Source: the human T2T-CHM13v2.0 reference genome, Homo sapiens. From it: 64,000 nucleotides of DNA. The stretch lies in the NCBI RefSeq assembly GCF_009914755.1, contig NC_060932.1, one strand, 5' to 3'. This document shows positions 43,850-57,954 of the stretch, one piece after another. Position numbers and translations under genes: made by a program. The notes under the pieces are model-generated. The model was not told the origin of the DNA. It did no database searches and saw only the letters and a program-made list of their open reading frames with translations. The stretch's first letter is position 1. Every line of letters begins with the position of its first letter.

Positions 43850-44555
43850 TCTTACAGACTATTAGTGTCTTCCCAATATCTATTATCCCTTCTCCTATGG
43901 TTACAGAAATTCAGTTTTATCGGTGGCAACAATGTGCTCAGGTAAAAGACTACATTTCCCATCATCTTTTGTAGTCAGGTTGGGGGAGGCACATGACTAA
44001 GTTTTAGCCAATGAGATGTAAGTGAACGTGTCAGGTGAGATTTCCAGAAAGACTTCTTAAAGGTGGCTGACTCTGCTGAGATGGGGGTGACCTCTTTTTG
44101 CCTTTCCCTCTTCTGTGTCTTGCTCACTGGAACATAGATGTGATGACCAGAGCTCCAGCAGCTATTTTGAACTATGTGGCAAACTTGAGAATAAAAGCCA
44201 TACTTTTAAATGACTTTTTAAATTATCTGATGAGAAATCACCGTAGCAAAACTGAAATGCCAAACTCCAGGTTTTGTTTTTGTTTCTGTTTCTTACCAGA
44301 GAGAAACAAACTACAGCTGCTCCTCAACTTCTGATGGGGGTTATGTCCTGATAAATAATCCATCCTAAGTTAAAAAATAGCATAAATTGAAAGTGTATTT
44401 AGTACCCCAATACTAGTACCCCAAAATGTATTTAGTAGCCCGTAAGGTCGAAAAAATCCTAACTTGAAAACATCGTAAGTCAAGGACTGTCTATATTCTT
44501 GTTTAAGCCACTGTTGTTTGGGGTTTTAGGCAGATGAACCTAATATTAATTGACA
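43850..44555 (+). mobile_element. ERVL LTR (LTR16/LTR33-like) interrupted by a MER47-like MITE
   Basis: aaagactacatttccc...catgactaagttttagccaatgagatgtaag...cttgtttaagccactg. Confidence 0.6.
44314..44493. mobile_element. TcMar-Tigger MITE (MER47-like)
   Basis: ta|cagctgctcctcaactt...atcgtaagtcaaggactgtcta|ta, TIRs with TA duplication. Confidence 0.75.
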
Positions 44556-45228
44556 CGTCTACTTTTTCCTTCTTCTTTTTTTTTTTTTTTTTTTTTTGGC
44601 CCCAAAACAAATTCTCTGCACTGGTTCATTTGATTATCTGTTCTACCAAGCAGGGTTGACATAATACCCCCTCCATAATTTTTAATATAGTTTACTGAAA
44701 TATAGATTCCAGGTGAGTTTGCTCATCAGGGTTAATAAGATATGTGCCAATATTCTGATTCTCCAAAGGCATACATAGTTCATTTCAGGTAGAGAAAAAA
44801 CTAATTTTGTGATCACATGTTGCACACTAAGCCTGGCAGGCTATCTCACCAATGTGAGAAATTAACAGTGAGGGTGAATGGCTCACTAAGGACTCAGGGA
44901 AATTTCACTTTTGTACAGAGGAGATCTGCTTCCTCTTCTTTAGCATATTATTTGAATATCTAATCTATTTACCACATTGGGCAATGATTTTAGCAAGTCT
45001 TCTACAGAGATGTTTCTATTTAAGTCTATATCCTTAGTGCTAAGCACAATACCTGCCAAATGGTAGATGCACAAAAAAATATTCACAACTATTTAACAAA
45101 TTATGTCCTTTACTACAGGCTCATTTCAACTACCGTTCCTATCACCAGTCAAAAATGAATGTAGCTTTCAAAACATCTATTAAAAAATAATAATAATGAT
45201 GATGGTAATAATAATTACAGAGCACTTT

Positions 45229-45376
45229 TTTTCTTTTCTTTTCTTTTCTTTTTTTTGTTTTTGTTTTTTTGTTTTGTTTTGTTTGAGGAAGGGTCTCACT
45301 CTGTCACCCTGGAGTGGAGCAGTGCAATCTTGGCTCACTGCAAACTCTGACTCCCAGACTCAAGCAATCCTCTCAC
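45229..45376 (-). mobile_element. 5'-truncated AluJ-type element
   Basis: Decayed T-tail and part of the right arm. TSD cagagcacttt at 45218-45228 and 45377-45387. Confidence 0.85.
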
Positions 45377-45404
45377 CAGAGCACTTTCTACATGGATTTT
45401 TTTC

Positions 45405-45720
45405 CTCAGTATCCATGGGGGATTGGTTCCAGGACCTCCCTCAGATGCCAAAATCCTCCATGCTCAAGCCCTTGATGTTAAATGGCATTGTATTTGCATA
45501 TAACCTATGCACATCCTCCCATACACTTTAAATCATCTCTAGATTACAATGTAAATGCTATGTAAATAGTTGTTACACTGTACTGTTTAGGGAATAATGA
45601 CAAGAAAAAAGTCTGTACATGCTGAGTACAGACATTTTTTTTCCTCAAATATTTTTCATCCAGGGTTAGTTGAATCCACAGGTGTGGAACACCCAGATAC
45701 AGAGGGCCAGGACAAACTGT
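45405..45720. mobile_element. MER2 (Tigger2 derivative)
   Basis: cagtatccatgggggattggttccaggacc...gttgaatccacagg...gatacagagggcc. Confidence 0.85.
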
Positions 45721-48700
45721 ACCAGGTCATTTATTAAGCTTGAAAAAACACTGAGAGAGGTTTATGTATTGTGTGTATTTAGTTCTACATTATATCTATA
45801 GCTACATTCCATGCCCAAGTCACACAGAATCAAAAAAGAAGCCATTTAATTTGGTGCTGTGACACTGAAAGCCCCTCCTCTCCTCTCCACCCACCCCTGC
45901 CATATCCAGAACCTGAACTGACTTCTGAATGCCTTGTTGAGTGTGCTTTTTGGAAGAAATACTTTGACCTATGGTCTACCTTTCTGAAGCAAAATAACAT
46001 ATGAGGTTATAGGGCACTCAAAGTGTGGTCCATGAAAGAAACTCAACTGATAACATTCATACAAATTTACCATCTTCTCCATCTGTAGAAAAAGATCAGT
46101 GTGTTAAATAACAAATAATGCAGACTATTTTAGGTGTAGGGGAAAAGATACGCAGAAGACAGACCTGTCTACAGCTGCAGACCCACCAATAGACAGCCCA
46201 AATTCAGACATATGGGATAATCTGGAGGAATTCCAAGATACAGTGGCTGTTCAGAGAATGCCTCAAAGGGGTCTCTAATCACTACCCTGGCCCTTTGTTT
46301 AGCTGAAGGTGCTCTCACTGCCGACTAGAGAACAGCAGCTATCTATGTGCTGGCTAAGAAGCCACTTTCCAATTAACACAAGTAAACTTTTAGAAAACAG
46401 AAAATTCTTTTTTAATAAAACTATTATCTAGGAAATCGTTTTAGGAAAAATCATTTGTTCAGTGCAATGGGAGGGGTTAATGGTCACTAACAACTCATTC
46501 CCAACAAACTTCAGGAGTCAGGCTTTAGTAAAAGATAAGGCATGGAATGAATACATACAGTTTTGTTTAAGCCTAAACCAAACATGCTTATAAGAATAAT
46601 GTTGTTGTTTGTTCTAGACAGCAATTTTAAAGTCAGAAAAATGAAAAGTGCTTTCTTATGTGAATAAAGCATGAGCTGAGCCCTCTAACCAAGGGCTTTG
46701 AACAACTCTAAATCTTCTACCATGATTTGAATGCTGTTGGTGTCCGATAAACATTAGCCACTAGTAAGGACAAAAATAATCATATAACTCAGAGGCTAAT
46801 TATTTATGTAGTTTTCTCAGCTTGTCAGATATTTTAGGGATAAAACTGGAGATATGGGACGTTCCAAAATTGAGACCAAACCTCTGAGACTTTTAAGACT
46901 ATCTTGACACAGACAGGTAAATATTCCCTATGTAGATTACTAGATTGGTTTTAAAGGAAAGGAGTGATGATATTTTGGAGTCCAAGTATCCCTTTCTTCC
47001 AACAAATTAGAGCCCATCATTTTCCTGGAACTTTCAAAAGAATGTTAACAAAGTAGGAATCAAATCACTTTTTTTTTTTTGAAGTTTAGGGCACAACTGG
47101 ATGGCATAAGTCACTTGGTTTTCCCAAGTAAATCATGAAGTCTTCTGAATAGAAAAGAGATACAGAGACACATGAGATGTGCCCTTTTCCAACAAGGGGG
47201 TGACCAAACATGAAGCTGTGGATGGCTGAATCTCAGCATCATGGATATATTCCCTTTAGTCATTGACCTAGTTTAAGAGTAAATACTCCTGTTATGCTTG
47301 TTTTAAAATTCCCTTGACACGTCTTGTTGGTTTTTATCTGTTTTCAGGGGAAACGATATATGAACTAGTTTCACATTCCTGTTACTAAATAATTATCATG
47401 ATTAAGATCACCCACTATTTTTCAGAAGTTAAAAAATAATCACTTGGAAATGTGAATTTTCAAAAAGAAAGTTGAATCAAGAAGTTCTAATTTTCACTCA
47501 TGTGATCATTCTCAGACACATCTGGCATACCTATTCTCAGATGATACCAATATATAATAAGTATAGTAAGTATTTATTAAATTCTGCCTTAACAAACATG
47601 TTATATTCCTAATAAGTCTGAACTTCTTAGAAGGGTCAGCATTATACCTGTTTTGAACATCAGAATGGTATAAAGAACCCATGGCTATAAATATTACCCT
47701 TCTCCTCATCCCTCAATCCCTAATCCTGTTCTCCCTGCTTCCTCAGTAGTTATAGGGGACAAGGGCGGATTAAGCTTTGACAGAATTTGTAAGTTAGAAA
47801 GCAGAGGAGTAAGTCATAAAAGCAGAACTTAGGTCGAAGGAACAGCTTGCCTGTATGAGTCTCGAAAGTCTTAGAAGTTCATCTTCAATTTTGAATTTCC
47901 TTTCTCTCTAGTTCTATATGTAAAGTTTCCCAAAGCCTCAAACAGTGCCTGCCAGACCATGGTAACTCACTAAACAACAGCTGAATGAGGGCAGATGAGA
48001 ATGCGCTCTAGATTCTGCCAGATAAGTTCTAGCTCCTCCCAAGCAAGTTATTGAACCTCTCTAACTCCCAATTTTTCCATCTGTAAAGCAGAGTAATAAC
48101 AGAGTTGTTGCAAAAATTACCTAATAAAATAAGAGTAGTAATAATATTCCTGTGAACTCTTCAAGCATAGGGACCAGTTTTTCATTAACACACGTTAGTG
48201 TTGTGACCAGAGAACTAGACAAAGAATAAGGGATGTATGATTTCCGTTAGATGTCATTTTAACATCTGTAAGAGCTGTAGCTCTTCCAGACAGAAGAATA
48301 TAGAAAAAGAAACACACAAAATTCAGATGATCAGAGTTTGATGATAAAGTCAAAAGAGGTTATGGACAAATATGTAAGGGCAGAATAATTCAATACAGTG
48401 TCAATAAAGTACTTTTAAAGCCAAAGATGAAAGCAAAGAAAGGTCCTAAGAGAGATAAATAATAATGAAATATAATTAACTAGTGAAGCAAGTTACCTAC
48501 AATCTTAATGGGGAGTGTGGAGTTCAACTTACCCAAATCGGGAGGAAAAATTAATTAACTGGCTTATCTTGAACCCAGGAGAGGCCAACTCGTCAAAGAT
48601 AGGAATTTGGGGTTCCTTTTTTTCTGTGACTCTTAAAGGGGACTTAACATGTTGGTTAGTGTCCAGGTAAGATCCATCTCATTTCTTGACCAACGCCTCT

Positions 48701-48862
48701 GGAAGATTTGCGCCAGTCTGCTGAAATAGTCACCCCGTCTTGCTTGTGACAGTATGATTTTTCTGTAATGGATTAGCGTTTTTAACCCAAAGATATTTTA
48801 GAATGAAGTACAGAGATTAGGTAAATCAAATTTAAACTATTAACAATTTTGTATTAAGTTCA

Positions 48863-49267
<405 letters not shown>

Positions 49268-50964
49268 TTATTAAGATACCTAACAGGTTAGCCTCTAACA
49301 CCAATTTAAATGGGTAGTTGAGTAATTAATTGTAGGTTCCTGATGTTGAGTCAAAAGGTATAAACTACATTGGGATGCTTAATAGAACTTATGAATCACC
49401 ATCTTTAGAAGTTTAGTGTATTAGCTTTACTTGGAATGGTTTAAGTATATTGGAAGGTTTTTCCCATTAAAGAAATTTGAAGTGCCTTAAAAAGAAAATG
49501 GGATATATTAAGCTCATAAAAGCAATGTACAATAGTTAAAGGAAGTTTATTAACTAGGTTGAAACTAGAATTGGTTAATTAAGGGAGGTTGGTCCATTCA
49601 ATGTGAGTTGAAGACATCAATCAAAGGCTCCCTTGAAAGTGACTGTCAAAATTTCTAGATTTACAAGTAGACTAGGATTTGTAATGTATTCATTCAGAAT
49701 ATTTACTGGGTGTCTGCTAGGTGTTAGGCACTATTCTGGGTGCTAGGAATATAGCAATGAGCAAAACAAGGGCAAAAACATATCATAATGGGGCCTGGAC
49801 ACATTAAACTTAAAAGCTTTAGAGAAAATTTAAAAACTAAGTTATTAAATTCTTTGCTTTAATATGTTAGATATTAACAATAAAACAAACTGCCATAAAT
49901 AGCCTCTTTATTGCACAGAATTTCTCCTAAGGGACACCAAAAACTCACATTGACAAGTGTCTCTATTCATTCTTTTATCACTAGTGCCTCATTCACGTTT
50001 AACTCTCAAAATTGTGTGTAGCTTGAGTGTTGAATCTTCTCCTCTATGTTCTGGAGTTTTTCACATCATTCCCAAAAAATCTGAGTTAACCAAGATTTTC
50101 TTCTTAAAATACAAATCTCTCTAAGGTTAAAGGCTAGGAGATATTTACATTTTCATGCAATTCAATCAGATTGTGTTTTTCCTAACACCTGAGTTAAGGA
50201 ATAAACTAATAGAGGAAAGAAAGAAAAATAACTTTAGACATGAAAATATTTGTTCAGAAAAGGGAAATCTCTGGATTGGGAACATATTAAAGTACAAGTC
50301 TGGTAGTCCTCAGGGCATTCGTGAGCTTGGGCAAATTGGGTGCCAGGTATAAAAAGAGTGGTGCAAAAATGCAAAGAATTCTCAACGATTTCAAAAGCAG
50401 CTTCCACCCAGAAAAGACAGTCTCTTTTCCACTTTCCCAGGTGATTACATCCTCTCAAAACTCAGAAGTCAAAATTGCTTTGTTAAAAAGCTCCATTTGG
50501 GTAAATAAAGTTTCTGCAAAATGACCTGGAAACTCAAACAATCACCGTGTCCACGGGAAAGTGTTTCTTAGTTCTAAGGGTCCACTTGCAACCAGTTTTT
50601 TGAAACATGACCTATTTGTAAATTGACTATTGTGTTGATAACCAAAACTCATAAAAATCACACCCAGGGCAGTCCCAGCAAAGAGTAGAGAGCCAAAGCC
50701 CAGTAATGGCTTAAACTGTAAGTTTACTGGGCCAAGCCCAAAGCTAAGAATTCAAGGAGTTTTGCAACCCATACCCATTTTTCAGCTGCCCTTATGCCAG
50801 CAGTTACAATTCACACACTCCAAAACTTCAGGCAATGCTGCTGGCCTCTGTACCATTTCCTCCTCCGCCAGCTGACCAACCCTAAGGATTGTAGCTAACT
50901 GCACATTCCCCACGTCAATATTTAGGGACCAATCAGAGAGCAGGTAGATGATCTGGGGACAGAA

Positions 50965-51190
50965 TTGTACAGTGGTTAACTCCTCAGGCTCTAGAGTCTG
51001 AATGAACTAATTTTAAATCCTAACTACAATTCCCTGGCTGGATGCCCACAGGCAGGTTACTTAAATTCTCTGCACCTTGGTTTCCTCATTTGTAAAATGG
51101 GGATTATAATAATATCTACCTCTGAGGGTTTTAAATGAGATTCTACATGTGTAGAATAACATCATGCCTGATAGAGTGAGTGCTCACATT
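50965..51190 (+). mobile_element. MIR
   Basis: ggcaggttacttaaattctctgcaccttggtttcctcatttgtaaaatgggg. Confidence 0.7.
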
Positions 51191-51668
51191 CACACATGAG
51201 TTCCCCAATTCACAGCAAGCACAGAAAAACATTTGTATCTTCTGCTTCCAGTATGCCACAAAGGTAATGAGTAATTACACTGACATCTTGGTTGACTTAG
51301 GTAACCACTTTCTTACCTCAACATTACTGCTTTGTTTTTTTCAACATTAAAGCAACTAAGAAATAATCCAATTTCTATTTGGATTCCTGAAGTGCTGGGA
51401 TGAGGGACAGGCTTATAAACACTGGTCTAATAGGTGACAAGGATTTGGCTTTATTCTAGTAATAAAAATGTCATGAAAAAGGAGTTATTGAAGAGTTATG
51501 AAGAAAAAGTGTAATGCTCTAAATGATAGATTTTTAAAATCATCAGTTTGTTTTCAGGCATTGAGTCCCAAACTGGAACAAACTACCTCTGACAATAATT
51601 CTGTGAGAAAAGGATTTTTCTAAATCGATCCATATAAACCAGGCTGAGTTATTAAGGAGAAAAATGCG

Positions 51669-51674
51669 TTTAAT
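51669..51674 (-). terminator. Likely GDF6 polyadenylation signal ATTAAA (alternative AATAAA at 51450-51455)
   Basis: + strand tttaat lies at the end of the AU-rich repeat-free region about 2.2 kb after the stop codon. Confidence 0.55.
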
Positions 51675-53561
51675 AATATAGCATTCGATTGCATATCATC
51701 CAGGAAAGGTGTACTGTAAAAAATGTTTTGATTATTCATTGACCTCTGGTAACTTTAGCGTTGTAAATACTTGTATTATATGAGGTAGACAGTTTAAAAA
51801 AAACTCTCCATTAGACAGACTTAAAATTTTGTAATAATATTTAAGAAAATGGTAACATTATGAAAAAATGAAATATCTGATTAATGCTTAACTTTGTACA
51901 ACTCGAATATAAACTTTAAAAATATTAGAAATTATAACATTTGAGTGCATATAACGTTTTGTACATTAGGATGAATTGCATGCTGTCCATTTCCTCTTTG
52001 CACTTTCAGTCACCTTAAATAAACAAATATATACAGCCTTAACAGAACAACAGTGCATCCAAAGCAAATGTGCATTTTAAATTATTTCTCCTGGCCAAGT
52101 CTTTTTTTCACTTAGCATTTTTATATTAGCATTTCTTATCATCCCCACCCTTTCTTTGACAGTTTGTAGTTCTCTGAACCAAACAAGCAACAGGTTTAGA
52201 TTGGAAGAGAGCAAAATCACTTAGGAAAAACTAAAACTTTTTAAAAGGCTGGTACAAATTCCATTGATTAAACAATTTTATAGTCAAAGATGAGGAGGAA
52301 GCTAACTCTTCAAAGGGCCTACTCATGGGCAATGTTTGAAAACAATACTGGTGCAGGCTGGGGGAAAGTTCATGTTTTTGACTATCTGGGAATGGGTATT
52401 TCAATTTCACTGTGCTCTCTCCAGCTTCCTCCCAGAAGACGAATTCCACCCCTGTCTCCTTCCTCACTGCCTGTTCCCCATCTCCCACCCCAAGCTCAAT
52501 GTAACACTTGGCTCTTTTCACAGTTTCTCATTACTAAGTTTTAAAAACATTGCCTAACTGATAATTACAATCTGAACCAATTCTTTTGGGGGAGCCCTGG
52601 GCTATTGCTGGCTGGTAATCTTTCAGGAATGTCAAAGAGAGGGGAGGGAACTCAGATTTTAAAGAAACTTCAGAGACAGGGACTTGTGTCCCCTTTCATC
52701 CCTCCCTTCCCCACTCCTGGCTCCTGGCCTGTCCCTTGATCCCCATCCTCCCTGAGGCCCACCATCTTCCCTCCTGATGGGACTCCTTCTACTTCTTGGT
52801 TCCTTTTCCCTCCTTTGTAGCTCTTACGTTAATTGTTTTGTTCCCCACTCCTGCCCATTTTTTTGAACTGGAAAATCACCTTCCCCTTAGAAGTGCATGT
52901 CTGAATTTTGGCAAATTCTGTTGAAAGAAATCAATTAGAATCAGAAAGGGCATTTGGGTGGGCTACCTCCAGCCTGGGCTAATGCACCTCCGTGTCAGCC
53001 CCAGTCAGAGGCAGGCCTTGTGGTTTCTCATTATCCTTCAAGGGGTTCCATTTGGACTAATTCTTGTCATTCCATCCATACCAGCTCCCCTTGCCCCCAC
53101 CAGAAAAAGCAACAATGAAGGCAGAGACCTGGGCCCTCAGGAGTGAGATGAAGGTTGCCAGTTCCTGGTACCGAAAGAGGCCAGGGCAGAGCTGGTAAAC
53201 TCACAGAGTACACAAATGGGTGAGAGGGGCACCCGTGGGCCCACCTCTCTCAAAGCTCTTCTATAGGCAGGACCATTCCTGACTTAACTATTCTTTTTGC
53301 CAATTTCCCTATCTAACACTTTCTGTGTGGGAGGGCACAAGACATGGGCTATGACATGGCCAGAGACCCCACCTTCTTTACACATGTAAAAACCAACCAA
53401 ATCAAGATGCGTCAACGGTGATTCTTCCTCCCACATTGTTTCCCTTTTTAAACTGTTATTTTTTCAATCCATGGAGCAGTTGAGAAACGGGTATGCATCT
53501 CTCCTCCCCTCCCCTTCTATCAAAGCCTGTAAGACACATAAGGAAATCCAAAGCCACAGTA

Positions 53562-53563
<2 letters not shown>

Positions 53564-53623
<60 letters not shown>
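53564..53623. repeat. (AG)30 microsatellite in the GDF6 3'UTR
   Basis: Perfect repeat read directly from the sequence. Confidence 0.95.
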
Positions 53624-53627
<4 letters not shown>

Positions 53628-53799
53628 CAGAACAAAAGAAATCCTCCTTGGCTTGTTTTTCCAGGGTGGCCAGGCAAGGTGTGAAAATCCATATTTCCCT
53701 CTGGGCTGGCAGGTAGAAGTTACTGGGAAGGCTGCGCTCCCTTCTCTCCCACCGGCTCTCACATCCAGGCTGTTCCCTCACCCTCAGCCTCCCCCAGCG

Positions 53800-55250
<1,451 letters not shown>

Positions 55251-56014
55251 CAAATGTCACCTCCTCCAAGTAGCCACCCCTGAGCACCCTGATCTAAGGT
55301 AGCCTCTCCAGGTCTCTATCACAGGACTGGCTTGATTATCTTCCCAGTACTTAGGATTATCTACAATTACCTTGTTTACTTTTATCTCCTTAGTAGTCTG
55401 CCTTTCCCAGTAACACTCTGTCTGCCTCCACCAACCCACGGGAGCTAGGCCGATGTCATTGTCCACCTTGCTCCCCTCAGTGCCTAGGGCGGTTCCTGAC
55501 CTGGAGCACACGCCGGTCAGGTAAGTGGGAAACTTCTACGACAGCGAATCTTAATCTGGCCCACTAAAATGTCCTGGAGAACTGAAAAACTGCCAGGACC
55601 AGGGCTTGATTCAGCCTATTGAATCACTGTCTAAGGACAGGACTGGCCATGGGGTTTTTGTTTATTGTTTGCTTTTTTTTTTTTTTAACTCCAAGATGAC
55701 TTAAAGGTGCAGTTCTAGTTTAGACTCACTAGTCTGGGGTAACATTGCTGCCCATCAGGCGGTTTTGGTGGGTCCAACACAGTGCAGGCAGAATGAAGAG
55801 CTGGTGAGAGATTTATTTATTTATTCACCAATCATTAAACAACAAACAAAAGAGCAATGAAGTTTCAGAAGTATTGGGGGCAGGGGGTGACAAATGAACA
55901 AACACACACACCTTGCATCTGTCCATTGAGAACATCCTGCAGTCAATGAGAAAAATATATACCTGGAAGGCAGAAAACTGGAAGGCAGAAAACCTCAGCC
56001 AGGGACAATTAGAT

Positions 56015-56023
56015 ACACACACA

Positions 56024-56059
<36 letters not shown>

Positions 56060-56066
56060 TAGAGAG
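56015..56066. repeat. Compound microsatellite (AC)13(AG)9AT(AG)3
   Basis: Read directly from the sequence. Confidence 0.93.
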
Positions 56067-56904
56067 ACTTTCCCATCTCTCCTCCCACTCCCAATCTAAA
56101 ATTCTCTCACTTTGCAACTATTCCTGAAGATAAAAGTTTTGGTCATAAGTGAGAAAAAGAAATTTAGGACAGGTGAGGTAGGGGAGTGTAACAGGCTTTT
56201 AAAATCCAAGGCAAATTCTTCAGAACCAAGGCAAAACCGGACTTCTTTTTTGACACATTTGTGCATGAAGCCAACTCCACTTCAATGTGCAAGGCGGAAA
56301 GCTAACCAGATTTTCCTGGGCTGCCTTCCCATAAAATATTTACAACCCAGCAAATACAAAAATCCCCAAAGCCCCCAGCCTTCCCCAGAAGCTAGTAAAG
56401 TTTGGGTCGATTTCAATAGTAAAAGTGTCACTGGGCCCAGCATCCAACCCTCTCTACCAGTCCAGATGTAGCCCGGGGGCACTGGCTCTGGAGCCTCTGC
56501 CACACCCAGTTTGTACTCGGGGCTGACCGTAGCACTGGCTGGTTCACTCTTACGCACATGCCCCAACCTGAGATGGGGTGTGGGAAGGGTTAGAGAGGTG
56601 AAAAGGGAAAAGCTGCTGCAGGCAGTTGATTTATGGAAGCCAAGACCTTCAAACAGACCAGGGTCACATTAAAATCAGGCGGAATTCAGCACACTTTCTT
56701 CTCCTTCAAAGAAACCTGTGTCTGACAATGCTCAGCCTCCACCCAGATCTCTGGACGTACTGCCTTAGGCTTGGCTTCCTGCCTCTCTCCCCAAACTAGG
56801 GATGAGATGAGAGCAACAAATCTAAGGCACTTGCTGCACTAGCTAAATGTGGTTAGGAATAACATATTTCCAATCTATATCCACCTGCACAGAACAGTTC
56901 TGAA

Positions 56905-57070
56905 AGGTAATTACTTGTATTATTCCCATTTTACAGATGAGAAAACCAAGGATTGGAGAAATTAAGGTATTGCCAAAAGTCAGACAGCCAGAAAGTGGTG
57001 AGGCTAAGAGCCATACTTATGTCTATTTAATTCAGAGTTGGAGCATTTAGCCCCTAAACCCCACTGCCTC
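56905..57070 (-). mobile_element. MIR
   Basis: tattattcccattttacagatgagaaaaccaagg. Confidence 0.65.
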
Positions 57071-57789
57071 TCCACTGTAGTCCAGGTACTGGAGTCTAAA
57101 AGTAACCAGAAGTGGCCAGTGTATAAGAAAAGGGGAAAAGAGTCCAAATTATTTGCAGGGCTTGCTAGGAATAAAATCTAGGCTCCCTTAGGAAATCATT
57201 TCCATCTTTGCTTACACAACTCTTGAGATGGTTTGCCACTGGCTGGAGTGCATTAGGCAGGTGTAAAGAATTATGATTTACTTCTCTCTCATGCAATATG
57301 GGGGAAATCAGCCTGCTTTTGTTTTTACTCTTTTAAAAAAAATGTGTGGGCTAATAAATGATTAATTTGCACAGCTGAGTTAAAACTGAGGCAAGCATCT
57401 GTAGAGAAAGATCTCCTACTGATTCTGCAGCCTTAGGATTTCTGATGATCTTTCCAGCAAGACCAGCCCACCCCTACCCTTTCCACGTTTCAGTGCAAGA
57501 ATGCAAATGGGACTTCAGCTTCTTCTCTCTTCTCTTTCCACACTAGCTCCATCACCTACTTCAAGGGGCCTCACCTGTGAGCATGTGGCCATCCCAGCTG
57601 ACAGCTTAAAGCTGTGCACAGTTTCACAGGTGCACACATCAGTGGTTCGATCTACCTTTGGGGGAACTGAATGGATGAAGAGGCTGTCCAGACCCTGCAA
57701 GTGAGCTCAGGGATATTTGGGCAAGAATTATATGGCCCAGGTATCTGGAGCTTGGTCTGGAATAGTGACTCTCAAAGCCACTAAATCTG

Positions 57790-57954
57790 CAGTGGTCTTT
57801 AAATCTGCATCATCAGCATCACATAGGCGCTTGCTAGAAATGCAAATTCTCTCTCGCTCTAGAGGCTTGTGGTAGGGTCTAGAATTTGTATTTCTAGTAA
57901 GCTCCCAGATGATGCTGATTCTGCTGGTCCAAGAAATTACTCTAAGAACCACTG
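57790..57954. mobile_element. MER5A (hAT-Charlie)
   Basis: cagtggtctttaaa...agaaatgcaaattct...gctcccagatgatgctgat...agaaccactg. Confidence 0.8.
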
